Notes under the pieces: model-generated
Database searches by the model: none
The model's input: the letters and a program-made list of their open reading frames with translations, nothing else
Told to the model about the DNA's origin: nothing
Origin: Candidatus Multivoradales bacterium
GTDB lineage: Bacteria > Acidobacteriota > Thermoanaerobaculia > Multivoradales > J023
DNA: 64,000 nucleotides
Assembly (NCBI GenBank): GCA_965248925.1
Contig: CBDFLE010000006.1
Span: 928,001 to 992,000 of the forward strand
Direction of reading: 5' to 3'
Made by a program: the position numbers and the translations under genes
Shown here: one piece after another, positions 27,167 to 36,382 of the stretch
Numbering within the stretch: position 1 is the stretch's first letter
Layout of the letters: every line of letters begins with the position of its first letter

Positions 27167-27865
27167 CTAGCCGTCAAATCCGATCGGGAACCCCGTCTTT
27201 GGGTCGATGCTATCGACCCAGGGGGCCGACCACTCATCACCGTTTTTCAGGCGAACATTGGCCCGGCCAACCGGCCGAGTCTTGTGGCCAATATCGATCA
27301 CAATCTCGATCGCGTCCTGGCCAGCAGAACTCTGGCCTGCGCGCGAGACGATGGGCCAGGGGCCATCGATCGTCGCGCCACCGATGGTGCGAGGGCGGAA
27401 CCGGTAAATCTCATCTGCTCCCTCTAGCGCCTCGCGCGCCTCAGTGTCCCTAGCGATGAGACGGGCGACCAAGAGCAGTACGACTATTGCAGCGTGCTCC
27501 TTCGATAGGCGCGCCGCCTCAGCGGTCGCGAGTGCATCAACGTCGACATGACCGCTGGGGTCTGATGCAAGCCGATTGAGCGCCTGCAACTGGGCCAATC
27601 CGATTGGCGATGGTCCAGTGTCCTGTAGACCGTGAAACTCAGCCATCGAGATACCAAATTCTGGGCCCCGTTTCATCAGATCGCCCCAGTCACCACTTTC
27701 TGGATCCTCCCTGTCTCCGGGCTTTGGCGGGTCGGTCCCACCCAGAGGGTCGGTGGCGATCTCGCCATCACCCTTCAGCTCCTTGATCGCACTCCCGAGG
27801 TCGCCGATCAAGGCCAGTGCACTTTTCATCGCACTTTCAAGTAGGTCTAGAATCTTGATACTCAT
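27167..27865 (-). CDS. Hypothetical phage protein
   Basis: 232-aa ORF coupled (ATGA) to the upstream gene, with a good RBS. Confidence 0.6.
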   Translation of the reverse strand: MSIKILDLLESAMKSALALIGDLGSAIKELKGDGEIATDPLGGTDPPKPGDREDPESGDWGDLMKRGPEFGISMAEFHGLQDTGPSPIGLAQLQALNRLASDPSGHVDVDALATAEAARLSKEHAAIVVLLLVARLIARDTEAREALEGADEIYRFRPRTIGGATIDGPWPIVSRAGQSSAGQDAIEIVIDIGHKTRPVGRANVRLKNGDEWSAPWVDSIDPKTGFPIGFDG

Positions 27866-29361
27866 CTCTTCTTTTCCTTTCTAAGGCCGAAATCTCGGCC
27901 TGCTCGATCCAGGTATGCCTGGACCTGTTTCAGGTCGCGCAGCAGGATCTCAGCCTGCTGCACACTCGTTTCGACTTGCGCGACGAGGCGGCGGTATTGC
28001 CGCCTCGCGCGATTGAGCTCTGTGCCGGTCGGTGGTGGCGGCGCTGGTGCCGGGATAGGCACCTCGACAGAAGGCGGGTCACCGCCGTCAATCTGCTGCT
28101 CACCGTCGAACAGCAGATCGACGCCATCGCCCGACCAAGTCAGCGTCCAGACCGGAGGCCCAGTGCCGGGCATCTCGTAGGTAGACCTCCATCCGCTGTT
28201 GCTCCACGCCGCCACGGTCTGATCAGACCAGTGGGCAGCCGAGAATGCGGACTTTGCACCCACCCCGCGAAACGGGCTCGGCACCACCGCTCCAGCCTCG
28301 CCCTTGCGGGCGTCGAACCAGGAGTAGGCGACACCGGGCTTGTTAGCGTTTGCGGTGCCCGAGAGCGAGCTGATCCAGCTCCCGTCAGACCAGCCAGCGA
28401 GCGATCGCTGTCGCCCGGACTTCGGCCGGCCGGGATGGCGAAACGGCGCCAGCAGCTCAGCCGCTCGCCGAAGCCCGGCGCTCGGCTTGCCCTTGCGCAC
28501 CATCGGCTGGCGCAGCAGCTGCACGTCGGATGCTTGGAGGGCGCAGTACTCCTCGCCCAACTGTCGCTCGCCCCCATGGCCAGCGGAGCGCCTCAGCAGT
28601 GCTTGAGGCCACTCCCAGCGCCGGGCGTTGAGCTGCCATCCACTCGACGGCTCTTTGCCCAGGCACCACCTCAGCAGCACGCTGAGACTGCTCCTGTCGG
28701 GGATCAGATGGCGAGACGGGTCGCGACCGATCACCGACCTGTCGCCGGTTGGGTTGACCCACGCGCCGCGAAGGGTGGATCGGTGCCCCTCAATCCCACC
28801 GATCCACCCTCGCAGGGGCGTACCAGACGGCACCCGGTGAAGAGCCAGGAATCCCCACTCGGCCCGTAGCCAAATCCCGATCTGCTCGGCCAGGTCGAGC
28901 CGGCCGGCCTCGATAGCCCGCTTGCGCAGCACCATCAGAGAGGCGGTGACCCACCCCTCGTAAACCAGTGACCCGCTCTCGCGGCCACCGTGACCCCATC
29001 GGCCCTCGCCGCGGATCATCGGCAACAGCCGCTCGACGGCCAGCTGCTCGCCGCACATGGCGAGCGCAGCCTCGAGCATGATCGGCCAATTGCCTGATCC
29101 TGGCGGAGGCGAGTCGAGGTTTCCCGCCAGGCAGCCTCGGACGCTAATTCTGGACCAGTTGCATTGGCCATCGACGGCCAGCGTCAGCCCTTGCAGGCCA
29201 GCCCCGACGCAATCGGAGCGTCCGGGGAACTTCGCCGGCGCCGCATCGGCAGTCGTCGGGCATGCCGGTATCAAAAAGGCGATTGCGACCGAGACGAGAG
29301 CAAACCAGAACATTGGGTCGCGGAAACTGAAATCCGGCGAGCGATACGACCTATCCATCAC
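27862..29361 (-). CDS. Hypothetical exported/membrane-anchored protein
   Basis: 499 aa; N-terminal hydrophobic segment ending in TADA, Pro-rich linker, C-terminal coiled coil. Confidence 0.65.
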   Translation of the reverse strand: MMDRSYRSPDFSFRDPMFWFALVSVAIAFLIPACPTTADAAPAKFPGRSDCVGAGLQGLTLAVDGQCNWSRISVRGCLAGNLDSPPPGSGNWPIMLEAALAMCGEQLAVERLLPMIRGEGRWGHGGRESGSLVYEGWVTASLMVLRKRAIEAGRLDLAEQIGIWLRAEWGFLALHRVPSGTPLRGWIGGIEGHRSTLRGAWVNPTGDRSVIGRDPSRHLIPDRSSLSVLLRWCLGKEPSSGWQLNARRWEWPQALLRRSAGHGGERQLGEEYCALQASDVQLLRQPMVRKGKPSAGLRRAAELLAPFRHPGRPKSGRQRSLAGWSDGSWISSLSGTANANKPGVAYSWFDARKGEAGAVVPSPFRGVGAKSAFSAAHWSDQTVAAWSNSGWRSTYEMPGTGPPVWTLTWSGDGVDLLFDGEQQIDGGDPPSVEVPIPAPAPPPPTGTELNRARRQYRRLVAQVETSVQQAEILLRDLKQVQAYLDRAGRDFGLRKEKKR

Positions 29362-29505
29362 TGCGCCACCTTATTTTTCGGTTGTTTCTGCTGCCGCGTC
29401 GGCCGCGGCTGCTGTGGCCGTATACCGAGACGGTCTGCCAAGTCCGACACTTCGGCGACCAAAGGGTGGTGGTCGGGCAGTCCCGTCCGCGGCTTGGTCA
29501 CTTTG

Positions 29506-30675
29506 CTAACCCGTTGCGACTTTGGCATCGGATCCCTCCAGTTGTTCGAGATCCTCAAAAAATGCAGCGATTGCGAGACTCATCTCGTGGCAATCGAGCG
29601 CATTCACGCGCTCCCGGATCTCGTGGGTTGATAGCCCCCTCAGGGCTTGGAACTCTGCGACCGAATCTGGCGCGATCTCACCAGCCCGGAGAATCAGTAG
29701 ATCGAGCACCCTGTCGAGTGATTCTCGCGACCGCGACTCGTCCCGAGGCGGTACCTGCCAGTCCGGAGATTCCCTCGCGGTCACCAACCGGCTCAACGGC
29801 TTGCTGAAATAGCCGATCGCTCCGATGTCGGGCAGCCGGCCCGTCTCCTCGCCCAACAGCGCCTCGAACATGCTCACCGCGACCCCAGTCAAGTACCACT
29901 TGGCAATCAGCCGCCGCTCGTGCCGAGCGCACTCGGTGGCGATATCCAACCGCTTCGCCGTGAGCCAGGCTCGCCAGATCGCCGAGGAGTACTCGACCGG
30001 AGCCGATGAAGGGGTTTGGGGTAGGGGTTTAGATCTTGAATACCCCAAACCCCTAACCCCTCTGACCCCCCTACCCCCCACAGCGACCCGTGGCGTGTCG
30101 CTGCCGACCCGTGGCGTGTCGCTGCCGACCCGTGGCGTGTCGCTCGGCCGACCCGTGGCGTGTCGCTCGGCCGACCCGTGGCGTGTCACCGACCCGTGGC
30201 GTGTCGCTCGGCCGACCCGTGGCGTGTCGCTGAGAGGTGGGACGACGGCTCCGGCGATCGAGTGATAAATCACCTCGACCTCGGCGAGCATCGCTGATTT
30301 GAGCGCGGCGCGGTCTCGTACCAGGGCTCGTTTGCGACGGTTCCGGGCTCGATTTGACGCAGGGGACACCTTGGGGTCCTGGCCGTCTGAGTAGGTGCTG
30401 CTAGTCAGCAAACGGGCCTTCGACTGCCACTGGATCCAGTCCGCCTCCAGCAACTGCTGTAGTCCGATCTCGACCATGTCGGCTGGCATGCCTGCTGGCA
30501 GCATCAGCAGTAGTTGCTGGCCGGGATCACCTCCAGGGCAGTGGATGTGCCCAGCCGTCGACAGCAGTAGCACGAGCTGGCAGCGCAGGCACTCGCCCTC
30601 CCATCCCCAGCGCCGAAGCTCGTCGTAGAGCCAGACGCGTCGCGTGTCGCCGTAGCTGACGGTCTGGCCGGCCAC
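29506..30675 (-). CDS. Putative replication initiator containing an internal iteron array
   Basis: Early-operon position, internal DNA repeats as in lambda O; GTG at 30675 overlaps the methylase stop. Confidence 0.55.
   Translation of the reverse strand: MAGQTVSYGDTRRVWLYDELRRWGWEGECLRCQLVLLLSTAGHIHCPGGDPGQQLLLMLPAGMPADMVEIGLQQLLEADWIQWQSKARLLTSSTYSDGQDPKVSPASNRARNRRKRALVRDRAALKSAMLAEVEVIYHSIAGAVVPPLSDTPRVGRATRHGSVTRHGSAERHATGRPSDTPRVGSDTPRVGSDTPRVAVGGRGVRGVRGLGYSRSKPLPQTPSSAPVEYSSAIWRAWLTAKRLDIATECARHERRLIAKWYLTGVAVSMFEALLGEETGRLPDIGAIGYFSKPLSRLVTARESPDWQVPPRDESRSRESLDRVLDLLILRAGEIAPDSVAEFQALRGLSTHEIRERVNALDCHEMSLAIAAFFEDLEQLEGSDAKVATG
30084..30228. repeat. Seven copies of CGACCCGTGGCGTGTC (putative origin iterons)
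   Basis: Copies start at 30084, 30105, 30126, 30149, 30172, 30190 and 30213. Confidence 0.85.
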
Positions 30676-31508
30676 TAAACAGCCTCCAGGGTCATCTGAT
30701 ACCCACTCGCTGCTGCGCATCTAGGATTGATCCAGACCGCCTCAACCTTGGTGCCGTGGTCCGTCAAGGCGAGCCGAGTGCGCGAGGTCCACCCGCGCTC
30801 CTCGAAAAGACGCGCGTAGAGGCCAGAGGGATACCCGCTCAAGACCACGTAGCCCTTGAGATTGACCAAGACCTCAGCAAGCGCCTCATGATCCGACTCG
30901 CCGCAAAACTCGTGCTCGTAGCCCTTCTCTGCCCACCGCTTATTCCGCGTTTCCGCGAGGTACGGCGGGTCGACGTAGTGGAGCGTCCGCGGACTGTCGA
31001 AGCGCTGCAAAACAATCGCTGCGTCGTCTTGCTCGATCATCACTTGCCGCAGTCGCTTGACGATCGGATCGATCTTGATTGCGCCCAACCACGAGCCTAC
31101 GGCGCTCGCGCGTGACGAATCGGACCTGCAAAACCGCCAACCGGACAGCCGTTGCGGCCGAGGGCCCCCGCGAGCCTGCCAGGCTCTGACCATGTACCGC
31201 CTAGCCCGCTCTACCGGATCCTCTGCTAGCTGATAGCTGGCAATCATCTCTGCGCGCGAGTAGGGGGTCAGCTCGAGCAAGTGCTGAAGCTCGGCGGGAG
31301 AATCGCGGAGAACGCGAAAGAGGTTTACGACCTCACCATCGAGGTCATTGATGACCTCGTGCTGCGCCGGCCGCTTACGCAGCAGCACACTTGCACCGCC
31401 ACAGAATGGCTCGCAGTAGCACCCGTGCTCTGGGAAGTGGGTGATGATCCACGGAGCAATACGCCATTTGCCGCCGAAGTAGCGCATCAGTGGACGGTTG
31501 ACGGTCAC
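30675..31508 (-). CDS. D12-class N6-adenine DNA methyltransferase (Dam-like)
   Basis: MRYFGGKWRIA, EPFCGGASV, EVINDLD, YVDPPY. Confidence 0.93.
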   Translation of the reverse strand: MTVNRPLMRYFGGKWRIAPWIITHFPEHGCYCEPFCGGASVLLRKRPAQHEVINDLDGEVVNLFRVLRDSPAELQHLLELTPYSRAEMIASYQLAEDPVERARRYMVRAWQARGGPRPQRLSGWRFCRSDSSRASAVGSWLGAIKIDPIVKRLRQVMIEQDDAAIVLQRFDSPRTLHYVDPPYLAETRNKRWAEKGYEHEFCGESDHEALAEVLVNLKGYVVLSGYPSGLYARLFEERGWTSRTRLALTDHGTKVEAVWINPRCAAASGYQMTLEAV

Positions 31509-32713
31509 GCCGCAGCCCTCCGCATCGCTACAACCAGCCGCCGGCAAATCCACTCAACGACAGGGACCGCGACGGCATTGCCGAGCGCGTGGTACCGCGC
31601 CGCGTCGCTTATCTCCACCCCGTCAGCGCCCTCAGCCGTCCAGTCGTCGGGGAACCCCTGCAACCTCTCGAATTCGAGCGGGGTTAGCCGCCGGGGTGCA
31701 ATCGTTTCTTGGGCAATGCCGATTCGCTCGGGGCGGTATCCCAGGGGGCCCGGTGTGTCACCAACACATCCCAAGCCGTGATCGCGGAAGGCCACGATTG
31801 CGGACGAAGAGCCGTCTGAGTCCAGGGCACCGGGTATCTGGCCGCTGATCGGGTCCTGTAGAGCGTTGAAAGCCACAATTTCCGAAGAGGCGGCGATCGT
31901 CGGAGATTGCTGCCCGGGCACGCTGCGGTTGTCTGGGCTGGTGATCTGCGATACGTCCACCACCAGCGGTGAACCGCGGCTGGTACCGTCCTCCGAGGAG
32001 TCGGCCCGCGCTGTCAGCGGGACGACGAGTTGCCCGAGCTGACCGTCGTCGAGCCGATAGCCACTGCCTCCAGGGCTGCCAGCAGTGAGGCAGGTAGCTG
32101 GCGCCCCCGTTTCTTCGCGTGGCGGAGAATCCCCCGGCAAGCAACCGGGCTCAAAAAGTATTTCGGGGGCGGGGAAGTCTCGAGGACCTGCGACAGCGAA
32201 CAGCCTTTTGCGTCGCTGGGCCAGTCCGAAATATTGAGCGTCCAGCACGCGCCAAGCGACCCATCGGTAGGGACCAACGCAAACTCCTCCGGTTTGCCAG
32301 CGCCTGGGAGTTTCCGGGAGAACTCCGGTGAAGCCCTCCAAAGAAATCGCCCAATCCCCTCCCGAATTACTGGAGAGCAAACCAGGGACGTTCTCGAACA
32401 GAATCCACGCCCGAGGGCGCGAATCAGCAAGACGTATGAACTCGTAAAAGAGCTTGGACTTGCCGCCATCCAATCCCGCACGAGCGCCGGCCACTGAAAC
32501 GTCCTGGCAGGGAGATCCGCCGCAAATAAGGTCAACTGCTGGCAAGCTCTCAACATCACGGACATCCTCCAACCGGTCGACCGATGGCCAATGCCGAGCG
32601 AGGATCGATCTGCACTTGGTGTTGATCTCGACCTGTAGCGCAGGATCAAATCCGGCGCGATCAGCGGCCAAATCGAATCCACCGATACCGGCGAATAGAG
32701 ATGCAACGCGCAT
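31505..32713 (-). CDS. C5-cytosine DNA methyltransferase
   Basis: SLFAGIGGF, GGSPCQDVS, ENVPG, QRRKR, RRLTPLEFERLQGFP, LGNAVAVPV. Confidence 0.95.
   Translation of the reverse strand: MRVASLFAGIGGFDLAADRAGFDPALQVEINTKCRSILARHWPSVDRLEDVRDVESLPAVDLICGGSPCQDVSVAGARAGLDGGKSKLFYEFIRLADSRPRAWILFENVPGLLSSNSGGDWAISLEGFTGVLPETPRRWQTGGVCVGPYRWVAWRVLDAQYFGLAQRRKRLFAVAGPRDFPAPEILFEPGCLPGDSPPREETGAPATCLTAGSPGGSGYRLDDGQLGQLVVPLTARADSSEDGTSRGSPLVVDVSQITSPDNRSVPGQQSPTIAASSEIVAFNALQDPISGQIPGALDSDGSSSAIVAFRDHGLGCVGDTPGPLGYRPERIGIAQETIAPRRLTPLEFERLQGFPDDWTAEGADGVEISDAARYHALGNAVAVPVVEWICRRLVVAMRRAAA
32014..32706 (-). CDS. Nested alternative-frame ORF (EcoHK31I beta-polypeptide-like)
   Basis: Ends in WTLNISDWPSDAKGCSLSQVLET...KYFLSPVACRGILRHAKKRGRQLP, a motif I recall from overlapping ORFs in C5 methylase genes. 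True start is uncertain. Confidence 0.6.
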   Translation of the reverse strand: MHLYSPVSVDSIWPLIAPDLILRYRSRSTPSADRSSLGIGHRSTGWRMSVMLRACQQLTLFAADLPARTFQWPALVRDWMAASPSSFTSSYVLLIRALGRGFCSRTSLVCSPVIREGIGRFLWRASPEFSRKLPGAGKPEEFALVPTDGSLGACWTLNISDWPSDAKGCSLSQVLETSPPPKYFLSPVACRGILRHAKKRGRQLPASLLAALEAVAIGSTTVSSGNSSSR

Positions 32714-33102
32714 TAGGCGAGCCTCTCGGGGTCTAGAGCGGCAAGCTCACTATCAAGACTCAACTCCTTGCATTGGCTACATTCGGCGAGCCGAATGAGA
32801 GTGCTGGGTTCTTCCGCAGTGTCGAAGTGCGTGTCATAGCCAATCGAAACGACCGCGATACACCTGGTAGCTCTGATCGTCCAACCGAACCGATAGAAGT
32901 ACTTGGCGATCAATGGCCAGGGAACCCAGTTCTTGCCTTCGTGGGCGAAAGCGTCAGGCGGATAGGCCCGAGGGACGCCATCAACGCTAGTCGCTTTCTC
33001 GGCCATATTCCGCGTCCCATCTGTTGGCCAGGGTTGCAGGATGCGCTCGCCGTAGAGCAGCGGTGGCAGCAGGCGAGTGCCGGTCGGCACGATGATACCC
33101 AT
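32713..33102 (-). CDS. Hypothetical phage protein
   Basis: ATG at 33102 and TAA at 32713 overlap both neighbours. Confidence 0.55.
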   Translation of the reverse strand: MGIIVPTGTRLLPPLLYGERILQPWPTDGTRNMAEKATSVDGVPRAYPPDAFAHEGKNWVPWPLIAKYFYRFGWTIRATRCIAVVSIGYDTHFDTAEEPSTLIRLAECSQCKELSLDSELAALDPERLA

Positions 33103-33848
33103 CAAATCAACCTCCGGCCGCGGAACGACAGGACCGTGTTGCCGTCGTCTGCCTCGACGACCCAACGGCGCTTGCATCCCCGCATGCCCCACACCCCGCG
33201 CCGCTTGTGCGCTGGCTGCCACTCCCACCCGACAGCCTCGAAAACATTGCCCTCTTCGGGTGTCTTGAGCACGTCACCGTTGGGTAGCATCAGCCGATTG
33301 TCCTGCTGATGCCCACCGCCTGAGACTTTGATCCACCGCGTGACCAGCGCTCGCGACAGCTCGGCCGGTCCCGTCCGCACCGCCATCTGGCAGCCCCAGG
33401 TCTCAGGGGTGCAGAGGTGGATCTCGACTGCCATAGCGGGCCTGGTCAGCCATAGGCGCCAAAGCTTGCTCTCGCTGTACTTCGCCGGCTGGTCGTACCA
33501 GGGCTGGTAGACCTCCGGATCGTCGTAATCGGGCAGCCGGCCAACAGTCGAGACCGGATAGAGGCGCTGCCGATCGCTGCGCAGCAGCTCGGCCGACAGC
33601 TCTTTGACCCGCTCGTAAAGCAGGTTGGTAGCCCGCTCTGCCGGACCGGCGAATAAATCGACCTGGCCAGGCGAGTCCCGAAGCTCGCGCTTGGGGATCG
33701 CCACGATGTCGAGGTCGCCGACCAGGCGCTCGCGGCGGGCCACAGATCCAGCCAGCTCGATCCGCTCGCAGCAGTCTCGGAGACTGTCGAGCAGGTGGCC
33801 GGCGATCCGCCGCGCCTCCGGTAGCTGCTTGCGCACTCCGAGACTCAC
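33102..33848 (-). CDS. Minimal family-X DNA polymerase/nucleotidyltransferase
   Basis: IELAGSVARR...GDLDIVAIP, RTGPAELS, TPEEGNVFEAVGWEW (palm and thumb); GTGA overlap start. Confidence 0.82.
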   Translation of the reverse strand: MSLGVRKQLPEARRIAGHLLDSLRDCCERIELAGSVARRERLVGDLDIVAIPKRELRDSPGQVDLFAGPAERATNLLYERVKELSAELLRSDRQRLYPVSTVGRLPDYDDPEVYQPWYDQPAKYSESKLWRLWLTRPAMAVEIHLCTPETWGCQMAVRTGPAELSRALVTRWIKVSGGGHQQDNRLMLPNGDVLKTPEEGNVFEAVGWEWQPAHKRRGVWGMRGCKRRWVVEADDGNTVLSFRGRRLI

Positions 33849-34225
33849 GGCGGACTCCACGGACTCGAGCAATCGGGGGCGCAACCGCACTCGTGACATC
33901 GATCGCAGTGCTCACAGATCTCGCCAGCAACACACCCCATCGAGTACAGGCCACACGTATCGCAGGAGACGTCGTCCTCGCTCTCGCTCCTCCATCCCTG
34001 GCTACGATAGATGTGTCCGAAGTCCGCCCAGTCCAGCACCCCCTCCTGCTCGGTGTTGGTTATTAGGTGGTCGAGGGCTTTGTACCGCCCGGCGTTGAGG
34101 TCCAGGTAATCCTCGGCACCAAGCTCGTGGCCATAATCCCAGGCCAAAGCTCTTGCGCGACTATTGCTCGCAGCGATCACGAAGAGCGCGCAGAATCCAC
34201 CTGCATCGACCCGCCAGCACCTCAT
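33845..34225 (-). CDS. Hypothetical protein with a Cys-rich C-terminus
   Basis: CDTC...CEHCDRCHECGC; coupled ATGA start. Confidence 0.55.
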   Translation of the reverse strand: MRCWRVDAGGFCALFVIAASNSRARALAWDYGHELGAEDYLDLNAGRYKALDHLITNTEQEGVLDWADFGHIYRSQGWRSESEDDVSCDTCGLYSMGCVAGEICEHCDRCHECGCAPDCSSPWSPP

Positions 34226-34749
34226 CGGTGGTACCTCCGCCCTGGCCGCTGCTGGCGCCTCTCGGTATCGCGCAACATGTCGTTGCACCGTGCCTTCAAA
34301 CGCTCCTCGTCAGTCCGGCGGATCGCCCGTCGATCGAAGGAGGTTTGACCGCTGAAAACCGCAGGCTCGATCACTCTTGAGCCGACGTACTGATCAGCCA
34401 GCTCACAGGAGGCGCCGATGTTGGTCCACACCGCCGCGCCATGACGGTGGCGCATCGCTAGGAACGAAACCAGCCGGGCAGCTTCAGCGGCCGTGATCTG
34501 GCAATAGACATGCCCCTCGCGGGCTGGCAGCGTTGAGATTCTGATCAGCTCAAATCCGCTCTGGTGGATGACCATCACCGGGGGACTGATCCGGTGATGA
34601 TCGATCTTGATGAGGTGCCGAGAGTTGGCTTGCGCCACGAGCCGGAGCCGGCCATCGATATGGATCTCGCTACACCCCAGCTCCTCGTCAGAGTGCTCGG
34701 GGCAGCATCTCTCCAACTGCTTTAGCAGCAGATCCACCCGAACGCTCAT
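34222..34749 (-). CDS. Hypothetical phage protein
   Basis: Coupled ATGA start (MSVRVDLL). Confidence 0.55.
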   Translation of the reverse strand: MSVRVDLLLKQLERCCPEHSDEELGCSEIHIDGRLRLVAQANSRHLIKIDHHRISPPVMVIHQSGFELIRISTLPAREGHVYCQITAAEAARLVSFLAMRHRHGAAVWTNIGASCELADQYVGSRVIEPAVFSGQTSFDRRAIRRTDEERLKARCNDMLRDTERRQQRPGRRYHR

Positions 34750-35219
34750 CGGGCGTACCTCCGGGATCCCCGCAGCGGACGCTTGCCCTGTGCTGCACGC
34801 TCCGCGGCGCGGACTTTTCGCTGGTAGTGGATGTCCTCGGCGCGCTGCGCGAGGTTGAGCTCTCGACCCGAAAGAAAAATATGCTCCAAGTCGGTCTCGG
34901 CGTAGTCCTGCGTCGGCACCGACTGCCAACCTCGACGGCGGGCGACGGTGATCAGCTGGTCAGCGCCAGCCTCGGTCACCCACAGCCGCCAGGGTGTGAT
35001 TCCCCGCCCACTGCCGGTGGGCCGATGGATCCGCTCGCCGAAAACGATGATCGAGACATCGTGCATCTCGATGCCCTCGTCATCGTCGCGACACCACTCA
35101 GACACCCGGACCGGGCCGCCCTCCGGATGGACGATCCGCAGACCGTCGATCGCCAGGGCCGTGACGATGCGCGACTGGGCGCCGGCACGCCACGCTGGCA
35201 CTTCGAAGGTCAAGTGCAT
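34746..35219 (-). CDS. Hypothetical phage protein
   Basis: 157-aa ORF with a GGGGAG RBS; part of the coupled early operon. Confidence 0.55.
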   Translation of the reverse strand: MHLTFEVPAWRAGAQSRIVTALAIDGLRIVHPEGGPVRVSEWCRDDDEGIEMHDVSIIVFGERIHRPTGSGRGITPWRLWVTEAGADQLITVARRRGWQSVPTQDYAETDLEHIFLSGRELNLAQRAEDIHYQRKVRAAERAAQGKRPLRGSRRYAR

Positions 35220-35618
35220 GGCGGCGACTCCCCACGCATCCGGCGCACAGAAGGCCGCGCCGGCGGGCGACTAGCAATCGAGTTTCCGCGCCCGATATAG
35301 CGATCCGCCGGTGCGGCCACCTGGGCGCCGGATGAAAAAGCGAGGCACCGACCTGGTAGACCGGTGCCTCGAGCTGGGGAGGGTTGAGGGCAAGCGGCGA
35401 TCGCTCGCGCCTCCGGCAAAGCACCGCTGGTGCGCGATGCGCTCCCGGAGAGGCGAGTAAAAAGGGCGCCCTGGTGGCTGTACACCAGGGCGCCAACCGC
35501 AGGAGTGTCGGGGGGCGATGGGGACAGGTCTCGCCCCCCGAGCAGCGCGTTGGCCATGTCGAGTGCCGGCACCAGGCCGGCGACCAATGCGCTGCTCGTG
35601 ATGCGAGACGGGGCGCTG

Positions 35619-36039
35619 CTAAGCATCAGCGGCCCCAAAGTTGTTCGCCGGGTAGTAGATCGCGAACCTGCGGCCGCAGGAACACAGCTCTTGCAGCTGG
35701 ATGAAATCTCCCCACTGACCCACGGTCCGATCGCAAGTGACGCACCATCCGATGCGGTCCGGCGCTCGAAGCGCGACGCCAACGGGAAACCTGATCTGAG
35801 ACGGCGGGGGGTGACTACTCATCGGCTACGCTCCACGCGGCCTCGATCGCCGCATCCCAGACTGCCGCAGCCACCTCTCGCGGCGCACCATCGACCAACA
35901 AAGGCCCGAACTGGTCAAACCACCTCGCAAACTCCTCTGCGTGATACAGGCTCACTGCGTGGTCTGTCGCCCGCCCCGCCTTGACCGTGACTGGTTCAGC
36001 GGCCATCGCGACTCCGATCGCCGAACTTGCGAATGGCAA
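35619..36039 (-). CDS. Two small overlapping early ORFs (35619-35822, CxxC/CxC; 35815-36039)
   Basis: They tile the early operon; no recognisable family. Confidence 0.35.
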
Positions 36040-36382
36040 GACCCAGGAAGTAGGGCGGCGCCGCTAGCCACATGGCACCGACGACAGCGGTTGCGCTCGC
36101 GAATGCGGCAGGTAGATACCCTGCTATCAACAGCGGGCGCGCGAACCGCGACAGGCGGCCGGGCCCCTCGGTCGAGACCGCTTGGCGACGAGTCGGCGCT
36201 TTGGGTTCGCGCAGCGTCTCGATGGCTCGCAGCTCGTCAGCGGGGATGCCGGTGACGGCTCGCAGCTCGGCAGCGGGGATGCCGGTGTGGAGCTGTGCAT
36301 AGACCTGGGCAGTGCCAGCATCCGCCGCTGTGACGCGGTCGACTTCGCGGCCGTCCGCGTCGAAGATCACCCAGCGGGGCAT
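35996..36382 (-). CDS. Hypothetical protein with a C-terminal TM segment
   Basis: TAATG coupling; duplicated TGIPA(A/D)ELRA(V/I); hydrophobic C-terminus. Confidence 0.55.
   Translation of the reverse strand: MPRWVIFDADGREVDRVTAADAGTAQVYAQLHTGIPAAELRAVTGIPADELRAIETLREPKAPTRRQAVSTEGPGRLSRFARPLLIAGYLPAAFASATAVVGAMWLAAPPYFLGLAIRKFGDRSRDGR

Noticed and set aside
35210-35782. 190-aa ORF in the early region
   Set aside because: Overlaps other candidate ORFs, low complexity and no clear start; coding status cannot be decided.
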